A DNA stretch of 64,000 nucleotides from an uncultured Acidobacteriaceae bacterium (GTDB lineage: Bacteria; Acidobacteriota; Terriglobia; Terriglobales; Acidobacteriaceae): contig CAVZUO010000001.1 of NCBI GenBank assembly GCA_963778535.1, positions 337,412-401,411 of the forward strand, written 5' to 3'. The translations under genes were made by a program, and so were the position numbers. Below, piece by piece: positions 49,274-58,248 of this stretch; within the stretch, counting starts at the first letter, position 1, and every line of letters begins with the position of its first letter. Under the pieces are notes generated by a model, which was not told the DNA's origin, made no database searches, and was given only the letters and a program-made list of their open reading frames with translations.

Positions 49274-51517
49274 CTATTTCCCCGTACCGTTGACGCTTAC
49301 GGACTGCGGAGCTGTCGCATCGCTGTCGCTGATCGTAATGGTTCCGGCGGCCGCGCCAGTTGCAGTCGGCGAGAATACGATTTGAATCATGCAGTTCGCT
49401 TGCGATCCGAGCATGGCGGGACAATTATTTGACGACACGAGAAACCCCGCGGTAGGAGTCATGTTCCCGATCTGCAGAGGCGTCGCGCTCCAGTTCGTTA
49501 TCGTAACCGTATGAGGCATGCTATTCGTGCTCACCGTCTGCTTTCCAAACGAGATGGCCTGTGGTGAGACCGTAACGCCAATTCCCTTCGCGTGCAGATA
49601 CTGAGCCATGGGACTCGCGGCATCGCTGCTTACGACCGTCAGAACTCCAGGACGCAGGCCGGAGGCCGTGGGTGTGAAGGTCACGTTGATGATGCACGTC
49701 GCTTGCGCGGCGATCGAGGTCCCACAGTTATTCGAAATCGTGTAATCGTTAATCGCGGTGATTGAGGTGATGCTGACGGCCTTCGTCGTTGCCGTATTCG
49801 TCAAGGTAAACGACAGCGTGCTGAACGAACCGAGTTGTGTGTCGGGAAAAACCAGAGCTGATGGTGCAGGCGAAAGCTCAAGCACCGAGCCCAAGCCGCT
49901 GACCGTGACGGTCTGCGGACTGCTCGGGTCGCTGTCGCTGAACGTGACTGTCCCCGATTTTAGCCCTGCGCCCTTAGGCAGGAAGTTCACACAGATGCTG
50001 CATCCGGGCGTGCAACTGCCATCCGCACTCTGCGGGTTGAGCACAGTACCCGCCGAACAGTAATTTGCTAAGCCTGTTGAGCAGTCGGTAACCGCCGAAC
50101 AGCTACTCTGGTCGAGCGAAAACTGGGAAGTGCTGCTTGTGATCGAATCGATTGTCAGCGCCGTCGGCCGAGAATTGTACACTTCCAAATGGGTTGTGAT
50201 TGGCTTGCCCACGTTCGCGGTCACCGTTCCCATTCCAGCTTGCGTGGCGGAAACAATCGGACATGTTCGCGTCGTTAGAACCAGGGGCGCGAGCGGTTTC
50301 TGCGAAAAATTAAAGCTGTCCGTAATGTCGTTGGCGGCTGCATCGCGAGCGCCGAGCGCGGGCAGGCCGAACCGCTCCTCGATGAACTTCAGTACCGATG
50401 AGTACTCATACTGCGTAGTCGAAATATAGTTTTTCCTTGCATAAGGGGAGATGATGAGCATCGGCACTCGGGGCCCAAGGCCGAACGTGTCGACATCGGG
50501 CGGCGGCACGTGGTCATACATCCCTCCAAAGTCATCCCATACGATAAAGACTGCGGTTGTGTTCCACAGAGCAGGGTTGCTCATAATGGCATTTAATTCT
50601 GCCACCGTCGCATTCTCGCCTTCGCAAGTGCTGTTGTCGGGATGCTCACTCTGCCAATCGGGGGTAATTAGCCAGCTTACCGATGGCAGCTGGTTATTCT
50701 GCACATCGGAGACGAAGTTGCCGGTGTCGACCACCTTTGCCCAATCCGGTCCGTTCCGTACCTCACTGATAGCGTCGAACGCTACGGATTCGTACGCCGG
50801 ATCGGTATTCGGAGGTGAATAGTATTTCCAGCTTATTCCGGCGTTGTCGAGCGAGCCTGCCATAGTCTGCACGCCGGTCAAACAAGGGGACTCCGCGGTA
50901 GCGACTCCGCTCGGCAACAGCTCAGCGACCAGCGCCGCCGCTGGAGCGTCACATCCCCAGTTGTAAGACGTGCCAACGCGGTATGGAATGTCGAATACTC
51001 CGAATGAGTTGGCCGCGATCGTATAAAGGTGATTAGGATAGCTCGACCCATGCAGCGAGGAGAACATGTTCGCCGCCAGCGCAAAACTTCGGGCATAGTC
51101 AAAATAGTTTGGAATATCGGCTTGCTCGAATTGCCGGCAGCTTTCGAGATCACCGAGCATATTGCCGCTGTTCGCGCCGCCAAGGTTGATCAAGTCGAAC
51201 TGGTTCATTTTGCCATTGTTTATTGCCAGCAAAGTGTCGGCGTAATCGTGGCTGATGCCATGAGAATAGCGATCGGCAGCCCGTTTCATCGGGATCACTT
51301 GACCATTAGAAAGCATGCACGTCGTCGTCCCATACGCGCTGGTAAACTTTCCGAACATGTTGTCGAAGCTGTGGCTTTCTTTGACGATGAAAACAACATG
51401 ATTGATTTGCTGCATGCCTGTGGCTGGATGTTGCTGGGCAAATGCGGCCGGGATAAGTCCAGTGGCAGCGAAGCACAGAAGAGCGCAGATGCGCGTCCCA
51501 AAACGGCAGAATGGCAT
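49274..51517 (-). CDS. Secreted phosphoesterase-family protein (PlcN/AcpA-type phospholipase C/acid phosphatase) with C-terminal beta-sandwich repeats
   Basis: The start at 51517 follows an AAGGAG RBS. It has a signal peptide, HVVFIVKESHSFDNMFG and later phosphoesterase motifs. The C-terminal approximately 300 aa hold repeated modules (FSLTFTLTNT, CIINVTFTPTASG). Confidence 0.8.
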   Translation of the reverse strand: MPFCRFGTRICALLCFAATGLIPAAFAQQHPATGMQQINHVVFIVKESHSFDNMFGKFTSAYGTTTCMLSNGQVIPMKRAADRYSHGISHDYADTLLAINNGKMNQFDLINLGGANSGNMLGDLESCRQFEQADIPNYFDYARSFALAANMFSSLHGSSYPNHLYTIAANSFGVFDIPYRVGTSYNWGCDAPAAALVAELLPSGVATAESPCLTGVQTMAGSLDNAGISWKYYSPPNTDPAYESVAFDAISEVRNGPDWAKVVDTGNFVSDVQNNQLPSVSWLITPDWQSEHPDNSTCEGENATVAELNAIMSNPALWNTTAVFIVWDDFGGMYDHVPPPDVDTFGLGPRVPMLIISPYARKNYISTTQYEYSSVLKFIEERFGLPALGARDAAANDITDSFNFSQKPLAPLVLTTRTCPIVSATQAGMGTVTANVGKPITTHLEVYNSRPTALTIDSITSSTSQFSLDQSSCSAVTDCSTGLANYCSAGTVLNPQSADGSCTPGCSICVNFLPKGAGLKSGTVTFSDSDPSSPQTVTVSGLGSVLELSPAPSALVFPDTQLGSFSTLSFTLTNTATTKAVSITSITAINDYTISNNCGTSIAAQATCIINVTFTPTASGLRPGVLTVVSSDAASPMAQYLHAKGIGVTVSPQAISFGKQTVSTNSMPHTVTITNWSATPLQIGNMTPTAGFLVSSNNCPAMLGSQANCMIQIVFSPTATGAAAGTITISDSDATAPQSVSVNGTGK

Positions 51518-51779
51518 AAGGTAACTCCTTGGAACGCTTCCCCGGCGATTCACGGCAGAGCTGTTCTTCTTTCGCCCCACGCGAAGTCAAGCCTATCAAT
51601 CAAATTCCGGGGAAATGCGCAGCAATGGCACGAGTGTGCAGTCTAACCAGGCTTGCGTCAATGTTACTTAGGTAGCAGTATCTTGCGGGTCGCCGCGCAA
51701 GAATTGAACTCGGATAGTTGTCGCAAGAACGGCGGATTTTAGGGGAATCCGGGCGATTTCCTCTGCCGTCCAGACTGTA

Positions 51780-51854
51780 TGGTAGCGCTACCGGGAATCG
51801 AACCCGGGTTTGAAGATTGAGAATCTTCCGTCCTAACCCCTAGACGATAGCGCC
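51780..51854 (-). tRNA. tRNA-Glu (anticodon CUC), CCA encoded
   Basis: The reverse complement GGCGCTATCGTCTAGGGGTTAGGACGGAAGATTCTCAATCTTCAAACCCGGGTTCGATTCCCGGTAGCGCTACCA folds as a 75-nt cloverleaf. It has a 7-bp acceptor stem with G1-U72, a D arm GTCT/GGAC, an anticodon stem GAAGA/TCTTC with loop TTCTCAA, and a T arm CCGGG/CCCGG. Confidence 0.9.
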
Positions 51855-51871
51855 ATCCTTTGCTATTTGTG

Positions 51872-52285
51872 TTACTTACCAGACTTTCGCAATGTCGCCG
51901 GGGGTGCCAGTTTCACTAAAGTTTCGCCAAGTCCGTTCGTTTCGACCTTCGACATGGCCTTGGTCACATCAGTCACAGACGCGATGGCATATCGGTCGAA
52001 GACACTGCGCGTCCTGTGGCCGGACATCTTCATAGCAATAGTCTCTGGAACCCCTGCCCGGACAAGATTCCGAACCGCATTGCGTCGTCAATCGTGGATA
52101 GTTAACCCGACGTATTGCGGATCGTAGGGCTTGCCTGGCACCTCAATTTTATGGCCCAGTCCAGCAGCGGCGCAAGCGGTCGCCCACTCCTTTCTCTTCT
52201 TCACAAAGTCCCTAGCGGTGTCCACACTGATGTTCAAGATGCCAGGCCCAGCATTACTTGCGTCATAGCCGAAGAAAGCGTCCAA
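51872..52285 (-). pseudogene. Tyrosine recombinase (phage-type integrase) remnant: C-terminal catalytic part only, with an in-frame TGA
   Basis: The reverse-strand reading gives ...FVKKRKEWATACAAAGLG...[43 protein letters not shown].... The HDxRR, GH and catalytic Y boxes are present. The TGA at 52085-52087 replaces the residue between HD and RR. The N-terminal two thirds are absent. Confidence 0.65.
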
Positions 52286-52397
52286 CAGTTTGGCCTGGGC
52301 TGAACCTGACTAAAGTTGGAGGATGAAGAATTAGGATGAGACGTGTCGGCCTGCTTGTGGCTCTGCTGTGCGCGGCATCGCTTGCCCAAAGTGGGTA

Positions 52398-54320
52398 CTA
52401 GATCGCACTGCATGAACCGCTGTAGCAGGCCGTGCCGGCGACGCATGCATTTCCGCACGAACCGCAGTTTCCGTTGTCGCTGCGCACATTCGTGCAGACG
52501 CCACTGCAGTTAGTCTGCCCCGCCGGACAGATCACGGTACACATACCCGAGGAGCATGTTTGGCCCGCCGCACAGGCAACTCCGCATCCACCGCAGTTTG
52601 TGTTGTCGTTGCGCGTAATCGTGCAGGCGCCACTGCAGGCCGTCTGCCCCGCCGGACAGATCAAAGCACATGTCCCCGAAGAGCATGTTTGGCCCGCCGC
52701 ACAGGTGGACGCGCACGCACCGCAGTTTGCGTTATCGTTGCGCTCACTCGTACAGACGCCGCTGCAGTTATTCTGCCCCGCCGGACAGATCAAAACACAT
52801 GTCCCCGAAGAGCATGTTTGGGCCGCCGCACAGGCGACCCCGCACGCACCGCAGTTGGCGTTGTCGTTGCGGAGATTCTCGCAGGCTCCACTGCAGGCAG
52901 TCTGCCCCGCCGGGCAGATCAAAGCACATGTCCCCGAAGAGCACGTTTGGCCCGCCGCACAGGTGGACCCGCACGCACCGCAGTTTGCGTTATCCGTGTT
53001 CGTGCTGACGCAAGCCCCACCGCACTTAGTCTGCCCCGCCGGACAGCTAGGTGCCTGTGCTCCGGCCGCTACCAGGACCGAATAATTGCCCGCCACCCCA
53101 TTGGTTGACAGCACGCGGCCGATCACCTGTGCGGAAGTCGGGTATGTATTCCCAGCATCATGACCCGCACCGCCAATGGTCGTGCTGGGGATCACGTAGT
53201 CTCCAGCGGTCGTGGGGCCATCAAAGACAATACTTACCTGTCCTGCTTGCGCGATCTGCGCGAAGCCGGTTATGCCTGCGCCGCCCGTTACCACGCCGAC
53301 CAAACCGGAGGTGTCTGAAGTAGTCGCGATGATCGCTTTCCCCCCCACCAGCTTGGCGAGGTAGTTCAGCGTAGTTCCCGTGGCACCATCGTTGGGCATC
53401 TCAACCGTGATGGCTTGTGCGGTGATTGAGCCGGCGCTGAAGTTCCCTGAACTGTCGCGCTTCACGATGGCACTCGGCGTGTTGTTGTAATCGGGGGATA
53501 CAACCCATCCCAGGCCGAGCGTGCCGCTCGCAGTCACAGGAGACCCGGTCACGATGAAGTCGGGAGAGGGAGCGGTCAAGCCAACGCTGGTTACAGTGCC
53601 GCCTCCGCCGACGGGCCCGCAGTGAATGCCAATGTTCATGGGCGAGCTTCCGCTGATGGCGTCGTCTGCGAGAGAACTGCCCGAGGTCGCGGCCGCGGCA
53701 GAGGAGGTAACGCATATCAGGCTGTTGTCGCCCAACTGCAGAGAGCTGCCGGCGGCAAAGACAATATCCAACTGGGGCGGATGCGCAGTCCCGGCGTTCT
53801 CTTTGCTATCGAAGGCAGCGTGGAATGCTCCGTTTGCCACCAACGCAATTCCGTTATTCGCTTCGGTGCCATTGAGCCATGCCTGGACGGCGGGCGTAAT
53901 GTTGATCAGGATGTACTGGTTCTTGTCCTCGCCTGTGATCCCAACGTTGGAGACAATGGTAGTTCCCAGCGCAGGAGCGAGTTCGTGCGTGATGGCCCCC
54001 TCCAACCACGGGCCGGAGACATAATTCACGTTGAAGCTGCCCGGGTTAGTCACCGAATTGACAAACAGTTTCAGCGTAGCCTGACTGACACTGGCGCCGG
54101 CGGGAATCGACGCAAGATTGAATTGAATGTAAGCGATTTGCGTAGCGCGATCGACATCGAGCGACGGCTTGGACCCATAGTTGGTCGTGGGGGCTGCGGC
54201 GTTCGTGTACGCATCGCCCATCGGTGTGATCTGTGCCTGGGCAACGAAAGCCAGCAGCAGCAGCACAAGAACGACTCCGAAGCAACGACACGCAAAAGTA
54301 AGGCTCGCCGAAGCACGCAT
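52398..54320 (-). CDS. Secreted protein: DNRLRE-like N-terminal domain, Gly/Thr-rich fibre-like middle, five C-terminal 43-aa cysteine-rich repeats
   Basis: Signal peptide after a GAGAGGAAA RBS. The N-terminus DAYTN....NYG....L.V......AYIQFNL..IP.GA.V..A.L.L... fits DNRLRE-type domains. The C-terminus has 5 x CPAGQTxCSGxCxxxxxDNxNCGxCGxxCAAGQTCSSGTCxLI (8 Cys per unit). Confidence 0.7.
   Translation of the reverse strand: MRASASLTFACRCFGVVLVLLLLAFVAQAQITPMGDAYTNAAAPTTNYGSKPSLDVDRATQIAYIQFNLASIPAGASVSQATLKLFVNSVTNPGSFNVNYVSGPWLEGAITHELAPALGTTIVSNVGITGEDKNQYILINITPAVQAWLNGTEANNGIALVANGAFHAAFDSKENAGTAHPPQLDIVFAAGSSLQLGDNSLICVTSSAAAATSGSSLADDAISGSSPMNIGIHCGPVGGGGTVTSVGLTAPSPDFIVTGSPVTASGTLGLGWVVSPDYNNTPSAIVKRDSSGNFSAGSITAQAITVEMPNDGATGTTLNYLAKLVGGKAIIATTSDTSGLVGVVTGGAGITGFAQIAQAGQVSIVFDGPTTAGDYVIPSTTIGGAGHDAGNTYPTSAQVIGRVLSTNGVAGNYSVLVAAGAQAPSCPAGQTKCGGACVSTNTDNANCGACGSTCAAGQTCSSGTCALICPAGQTACSGACENLRNDNANCGACGVACAAAQTCSSGTCVLICPAGQNNCSGVCTSERNDNANCGACASTCAAGQTCSSGTCALICPAGQTACSGACTITRNDNTNCGGCGVACAAGQTCSSGMCTVICPAGQTNCSGVCTNVRSDNGNCGSCGNACVAGTACYSGSCSAI
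52404..53046. repeat. Tandem repeat, period 129 bp, about 5 units (coding, Cys-rich modules)
   Basis: The anchor GCCCCGCCGG(A/G)CAG recurs at 52517, 52646, 52775, 52904 and 53033, exactly 129 nt apart. Confidence 0.9.
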
Positions 54321-54624
54321 AGTTTTCCTCTCGCCTCATTAATGACCCGAGCCAGCGCGCCACGCCGAACGGGTCGTCTTACACCGGCCTTCTAGAAATC
54401 GACAAAAATGCCAAAGCGGCGGGTCAATAGCAAAGCTCGGGAAGGCCACCAACGGCAGCAGGGGATTCAGTGAATATAGCGCGCTCGGCCTTGATAACAA
54501 GTATCGAAAGTCTAGTGTCTAGCACGCATCTTCAACCGCCCATCTCCAGTTTTCCATCGGGCATGACTAGACGCAGGATTTCTTCGTCGCGGTTCGGGAA
54601 AAGAAGTCCTGTCCCATTCGTCAG

Positions 54625-54888
54625 ATGAGCGAAGCAGAGTTTGTCGCTTTCCTCACCACCAGCCTTCGCCTGCTGCACCGATTCGCGATAACCGACTCGG
54701 TACATTTCATCTGCATGGACTGGCGTCACATGGGGCGAACGGATGGGCGCTGGCAATCTGCTCGCCCTGCACCCGACCGTCAAACTGTCCAGAACCAGAT
54801 CGCCTCGAGCCGGGCAATCAAGCAGAGCGTCCGCCGTTTCCTCACCCGGCGAGTCGTTGCACAAAAGCCGTGCAAGGCCTACGAATAG
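54625..54888 (+). pseudogene. Fragment of an N4/N6 DNA methyltransferase (ParB-linked methylase type)
   Basis: MSEAEFVAFLTTSLRLLHRFAITDSVHFICMDWRHMG resembles the conserved ...EF..FL.......L...G..Y.F.DWR.. block of these methylases. Similarity stops after about 37 aa, and no upstream DPPY region is present. Confidence 0.35.
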
Positions 54889-56516
54889 ATCCCCGGCGCC
54901 TCATGTCCTAGCTTCTGCACATACTCAATGTATGATCCAGGATAGACAGTGGGATGGCGGTCCGTTCCGCTCTCGCCTCCCAGTTCCAGCACTCGCGAGC
55001 CGAGACCGCGAAGGAACATGCGGTCATGCGATACGAAGATCATGGTGCCTTCAAAATCCTTCAGGGCATCCACCAGCATCTCCTTGGTCGCAAGGTCCAG
55101 GTGATTCGTCGGTTCGTCCAGCACTAGAAAGTTCGGCGGGTTGTAGAGCATGCGCGCTATTGCCAGTCGCGATTTTTCGCCGCCGGAGAGTGTGCGGATC
55201 TTCTTATCCACGTCTTCGCCGGAGAACTGGAATGCTCCCGCCAGGTTCCGCAGCGACCCGATACTGTCCTGGGGAAAATCCTGTTGCAACTGTTCGGCGA
55301 CGGTGAGATCGGAGTTGAGCAAATCCAAAGCCTGTTGCGCGAAGTAGCCCATATACAGGCTGGCCCCCAGCCGCACGCTCCCCGCATCTGGAGCACTGGC
55401 TCCGGCAATCATCTTAAGCAGCGTGGTCTTGCCTGCGCCGTTTCTCCCCATCACGGCCCAGCGTTCTCCGCGGCGGATGGTGAGATTGAACCCGTCGTAA
55501 ATCACACGCGGGCCGTAACTCTTGTGCAGATTCTCAATAACGGCCACTTGTTCGCCGGATCGTGGAGGAACGCGAAAGTCGAATTTCACGACTTGTCGTT
55601 TTTTGGGCAGTTCGATCTTCTCGATCTTATCCAAGGCCTTGATCCGGCTCTGTACCTGGGCCGCTTTGGCCGCGTGCGTCCTGACACGATCGATGAAGCG
55701 CTGCTCCTTGGCCAGCATAGACTGCTGCCGGGCGAAAGCTGCCTGCTGGTTGGCCTCTCGGATCACTCGCTCGCGCTCATAGAAGTCGTAGTTGCCGGAG
55801 TAGGTGATGATCTCGCCGCCATCGATCTCTGCAATCTTTGAGACGATACGGTTCATGAACTCGCGGTCGTGCGAAGTCATCAGCAGCGCGCCGGGAAACG
55901 ACTTGAGAAACTGCTCGAGCCAGATGATGGATTCGATGTCGAGATGGTTGGTAGGCTCGTCCATCAGCAATACATCCGGCATTCCGAGCAGGACGCGTGC
56001 CAGCGCAACCCGCATTTTCCATCCGCCGGAGAGAGCGCCCACGTCGCCGTCAATCTGATCGTCCTTGAATCCCAGACCGTGCAGCACTACACGCGCTTGC
56101 GACTCGAGCGCATAACCGCCTAAATGCTCGTACTCCTCCTGCACGTGACCGAAGCGCTCAAGAATGCGGTCCATTTCATCAGCCTTGTCGGGGTCGGACA
56201 TTTCCCGCTGCAAGGCTTCGAGTTCGTGGTGCAGATCACCGACGCGTCCGCTGCCTGCGATCGCTTCATCCAGGACCGAACGGCCCTGCATTTCTTCGAC
56301 GTCCTGGCGAAAGTAGCCAATCGTCAATTTCTTGGGGACTGAGACCGCGCCCTCGTCGGGAGTTTCCTCGCCGACCACCATCCGGAAGAGCGTTGTCTTG
56401 CCCGCCCCATTGGGACCGACCAGTCCGACTTTTTCGCCGGGATTCAACTGAAAGGAAGCATCCACGAAGAGCAACTGCTTGCCATACTGCTTATTGATGT
56501 TTGAGAAAGAGATCAT
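54879..56516 (-). CDS. ABC-F family ATPase (two ABC cassettes, no membrane domain)
   Basis: Walker A GPNGAGKTT and GRNGAGKTT, signatures LSGGWKMR and LSGGEKSR, and an inter-domain linker. 545 aa. Confidence 0.9.
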   Translation of the reverse strand: MISFSNINKQYGKQLLFVDASFQLNPGEKVGLVGPNGAGKTTLFRMVVGEETPDEGAVSVPKKLTIGYFRQDVEEMQGRSVLDEAIAGSGRVGDLHHELEALQREMSDPDKADEMDRILERFGHVQEEYEHLGGYALESQARVVLHGLGFKDDQIDGDVGALSGGWKMRVALARVLLGMPDVLLMDEPTNHLDIESIIWLEQFLKSFPGALLMTSHDREFMNRIVSKIAEIDGGEIITYSGNYDFYERERVIREANQQAAFARQQSMLAKEQRFIDRVRTHAAKAAQVQSRIKALDKIEKIELPKKRQVVKFDFRVPPRSGEQVAVIENLHKSYGPRVIYDGFNLTIRRGERWAVMGRNGAGKTTLLKMIAGASAPDAGSVRLGASLYMGYFAQQALDLLNSDLTVAEQLQQDFPQDSIGSLRNLAGAFQFSGEDVDKKIRTLSGGEKSRLAIARMLYNPPNFLVLDEPTNHLDLATKEMLVDALKDFEGTMIFVSHDRMFLRGLGSRVLELGGESGTDRHPTVYPGSYIEYVQKLGHEAPGIYS

Positions 56517-56553
56517 TTTTATTGATGTTTGAGAAGGAGATCATTTTGAGAGA
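56517..56553 (-). repeat. 28-nt tandem micro-duplication of the ABC-F start (ATGATCTCCTTCTCAAACATCAATAAAA) with the native CTCAAA leader
   Basis: Read directly. The reverse strand shows CTCAAA-ATGATCTCCTTCTCAAACATCAATAAAA immediately followed by the live ATGATCTCTTTCTCAAACATCAATAAGCAG. Confidence 0.85.
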
Positions 56554-56741
56554 TCGTTTTGTGAGGTCATTTAAAGAGACCAACCCGCAGAACGAGTCTA
56601 CGTATATGACGCGCCTCTTCCAGTGTAGCCCGTCCAGAAAATTGTCGGCCAATGCTGGTTGTGGGGAATGCTGAAATCTGGCGACAGACGGAACCGGCTG
56701 CGATTTTCTCGCGATTTGCTTGCCGGGCGTAAAATAGTCAT

Positions 56742-56978
56742 ATGAGTCCAGACATTTCCGAACTGTTAAAAAAGGCCTTGGCTCTCCCGCCGGAAGCTCG
56801 CGCTGCTTTGGCTGGATCGCTGTTGGAAAGCCTCGACGATACCGTTGACCCATCGGTCGAGGAAGCATGGAAACACGAAATTGCCAAACGCATCGAGGAA
56901 CTGGATTCTGGCAAAGTAAAACCAATTCCATGGGCAGAGACGCGGCGCCAGATTACCGCCCTCCTCAATGGCCGCTAA
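56742..56978 (+). CDS. Addiction-module antitoxin (Unstab_antitox / putative addiction module component family)
   Basis: 78 aa. LLKKALALPPEARAALAGSLLESLDD....VEEAW..EI.RR..E..SG is the family hallmark. Confidence 0.7.
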   Translation: MSPDISELLKKALALPPEARAALAGSLLESLDDTVDPSVEEAWKHEIAKRIEELDSGKVKPIPWAETRRQITALLNGR

Positions 56979-57171
56979 GTCTTTGGAGATTCACCCGTCC
57001 GCCCTCGCCGAACTCAAGTCTTCCATCAGTTGGTACCTCGAACAAAACAGAGCCACCGCCGATAAGTTTGTCGAAGCGGCTCAGTTTGAGTTCGCTTTGA
57101 AAGGGTGCGGCTTCAGCCGCGCCGCTAACTATTGTCATTCCGAGCTGTCCGTAGCCGCGCTTGCGCGGTGA
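56968..57171 (+). pseudogene. RelE/ParE-family toxin, N-terminal about 40 aa only, truncated by a dispersed repeat element
   Basis: LEIHPSALAELKSSISWYLEQNRATADKFVEA matches toxin N-termini (F.HP.A..EL..A..WY). The remaining residues are read-through into the repeat at 57134-57189. There is an 11-nt overlap with the antitoxin. Confidence 0.5.
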
Positions 57172-57189
57172 GGACAGCGAGGAATCTGC
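57134..57189 (-). repeat. Repeat family A copy (inverted orientation)
   Basis: The reverse complement reads GCAGATTCCTCGCTGTCCTCACCGCGCAAGCGCGGCTACGGACAGCTCGGAATGAC. Confidence 0.65.
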
Positions 57190-57252
57190 ATTTTTCCAGA
57201 AATCAGGGATCGCAAAATTCGCACTTGACATTTCCCGATAATCCACTACCAT

Positions 57253-57642
57253 ATGGTTGTGGATAGATTAGGTACCACGTTTGCGGCTTTGTCTGATCCA
57301 ACACGGCGGGCAATGATCGAACGACTCTCGCATGGGCCCGCCTCTGTGCATGGATTGACGGAACCGTTTGCGCTTTCGCAGCAGATGATTTCAAAACATA
57401 TTGCCTACCTGGTGCGGGCGCGGATTGTGATCAAGACGAAGCGTGGACGAGAGAGTATGTGCACGCTTAGGCCGGCGGCGATCAAGACGGTCAGCGACTG
57501 GGCGATCAGCTATCGCCGGTTCTGGGAAGAGAGCCTCGACAAACTGGATGCAGTTGTAAATCAAATGAAGAAAGAGGAGGTCAGAGATGACAAAAAACAC
57601 AGTGAACGAGATCGAGCGGATGGTTGTCACAAGAGTGTTTGA
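57253..57642 (+). CDS. ArsR/SmtB-family transcriptional regulator
   Basis: FAALSDPTRRAMIERLSHGPASVHGLTEPFALSQQMISKHIAYL is a winged HTH. The C-terminal end is uncertain because of a 56-nt overlap with the next gene. Confidence 0.8.
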   Translation: MVVDRLGTTFAALSDPTRRAMIERLSHGPASVHGLTEPFALSQQMISKHIAYLVRARIVIKTKRGRESMCTLRPAAIKTVSDWAISYRRFWEESLDKLDAVVNQMKKEEVRDDKKHSERDRADGCHKSV

Positions 57643-58096
57643 TGCCCCACGCGAATTGGTTTGGAAGGCGTGGACCGACCCGAAATACGTGATGCAGTGG
57701 TGGGGGCCGAAGGGCTTTACTGCGCCGGTTTGTCAGATGGATTTTCGCGTTGGAGGAAAATCTCTCCTCTGCATGAGAGCGCCGGATGGGCAGGAGTGCT
57801 GGAATGCGGTTGAATACCACGAGATTGTTCCCCAGGAAAAGATCGTTTCCTCCATGTACTTCGCCGACTCGAAGGGAAACAAGGTTGAGCCTGCGGAATT
57901 AGGAATAGAACATGAGGCCATCGACGGTGCCTACGACGTGACCATTTTTGAGGATCTTGGCAACGGCCAGACGAAACTCACCTTCATTGGAAATGAACCC
58001 ATGGAGAGCGCGAAAAATAGCGGTCAAATGGAGGGCTGGAACCAGATACTCGATAAAATTGCCGCGGTTGTTGCGAAGCTAGCGAAGGCGAAATAA
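57587..58096 (+). CDS. SRPBCC/AHSA1-family protein
   Basis: VVTRVFDAPRELVWKAWTDPKYVMQWWGPKGFT is typical of the Aha1/SRPBCC proteins that pair with ArsR regulators. Confidence 0.8.
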   Translation: MTKNTVNEIERMVVTRVFDAPRELVWKAWTDPKYVMQWWGPKGFTAPVCQMDFRVGGKSLLCMRAPDGQECWNAVEYHEIVPQEKIVSSMYFADSKGNKVEPAELGIEHEAIDGAYDVTIFEDLGNGQTKLTFIGNEPMESAKNSGQMEGWNQILDKIAAVVAKLAKAK

Positions 58097-58133
58097 GAAG
58101 TTGGAGTCTCGATGATTGTCAGGGCTTGAAAGG

Positions 58134-58156
58134 ACCGGGGACCTGTCCCCGGTTTT
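58134..58156 (+). terminator. Candidate intrinsic terminator after the SRPBCC gene
   Basis: ACCGGGGA-CCTG-TCCCCGGT followed by TTT. Confidence 0.5.
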
Positions 58157-58248
58157 CCTCGCTGCCTCGATCAGCCCGTCCAGAAACTTGGAGGTGAGTG
58201 CACAACACCTCGTTGACAGCTTAAACTCGCCATCCTAGACTGGCAGGT

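Noticed and set aside
52432-53108. Repetitive plus-strand ORFs (HVPEEHVWPAAQ... repeats)
   Set aside because: They are mirror-frame translations of the 129-bp Cys-rich tandem array. The minus-strand frame has a signal peptide, an RBS and a coherent 8-Cys repeat.
54532-54864. 110-aa minus-strand ORF between the Cys-repeat gene and the ABC-F gene
   Set aside because: It has no RBS and no recognisable motif. It is antisense to the methyltransferase-like fragment, and the region looks like decayed DNA.
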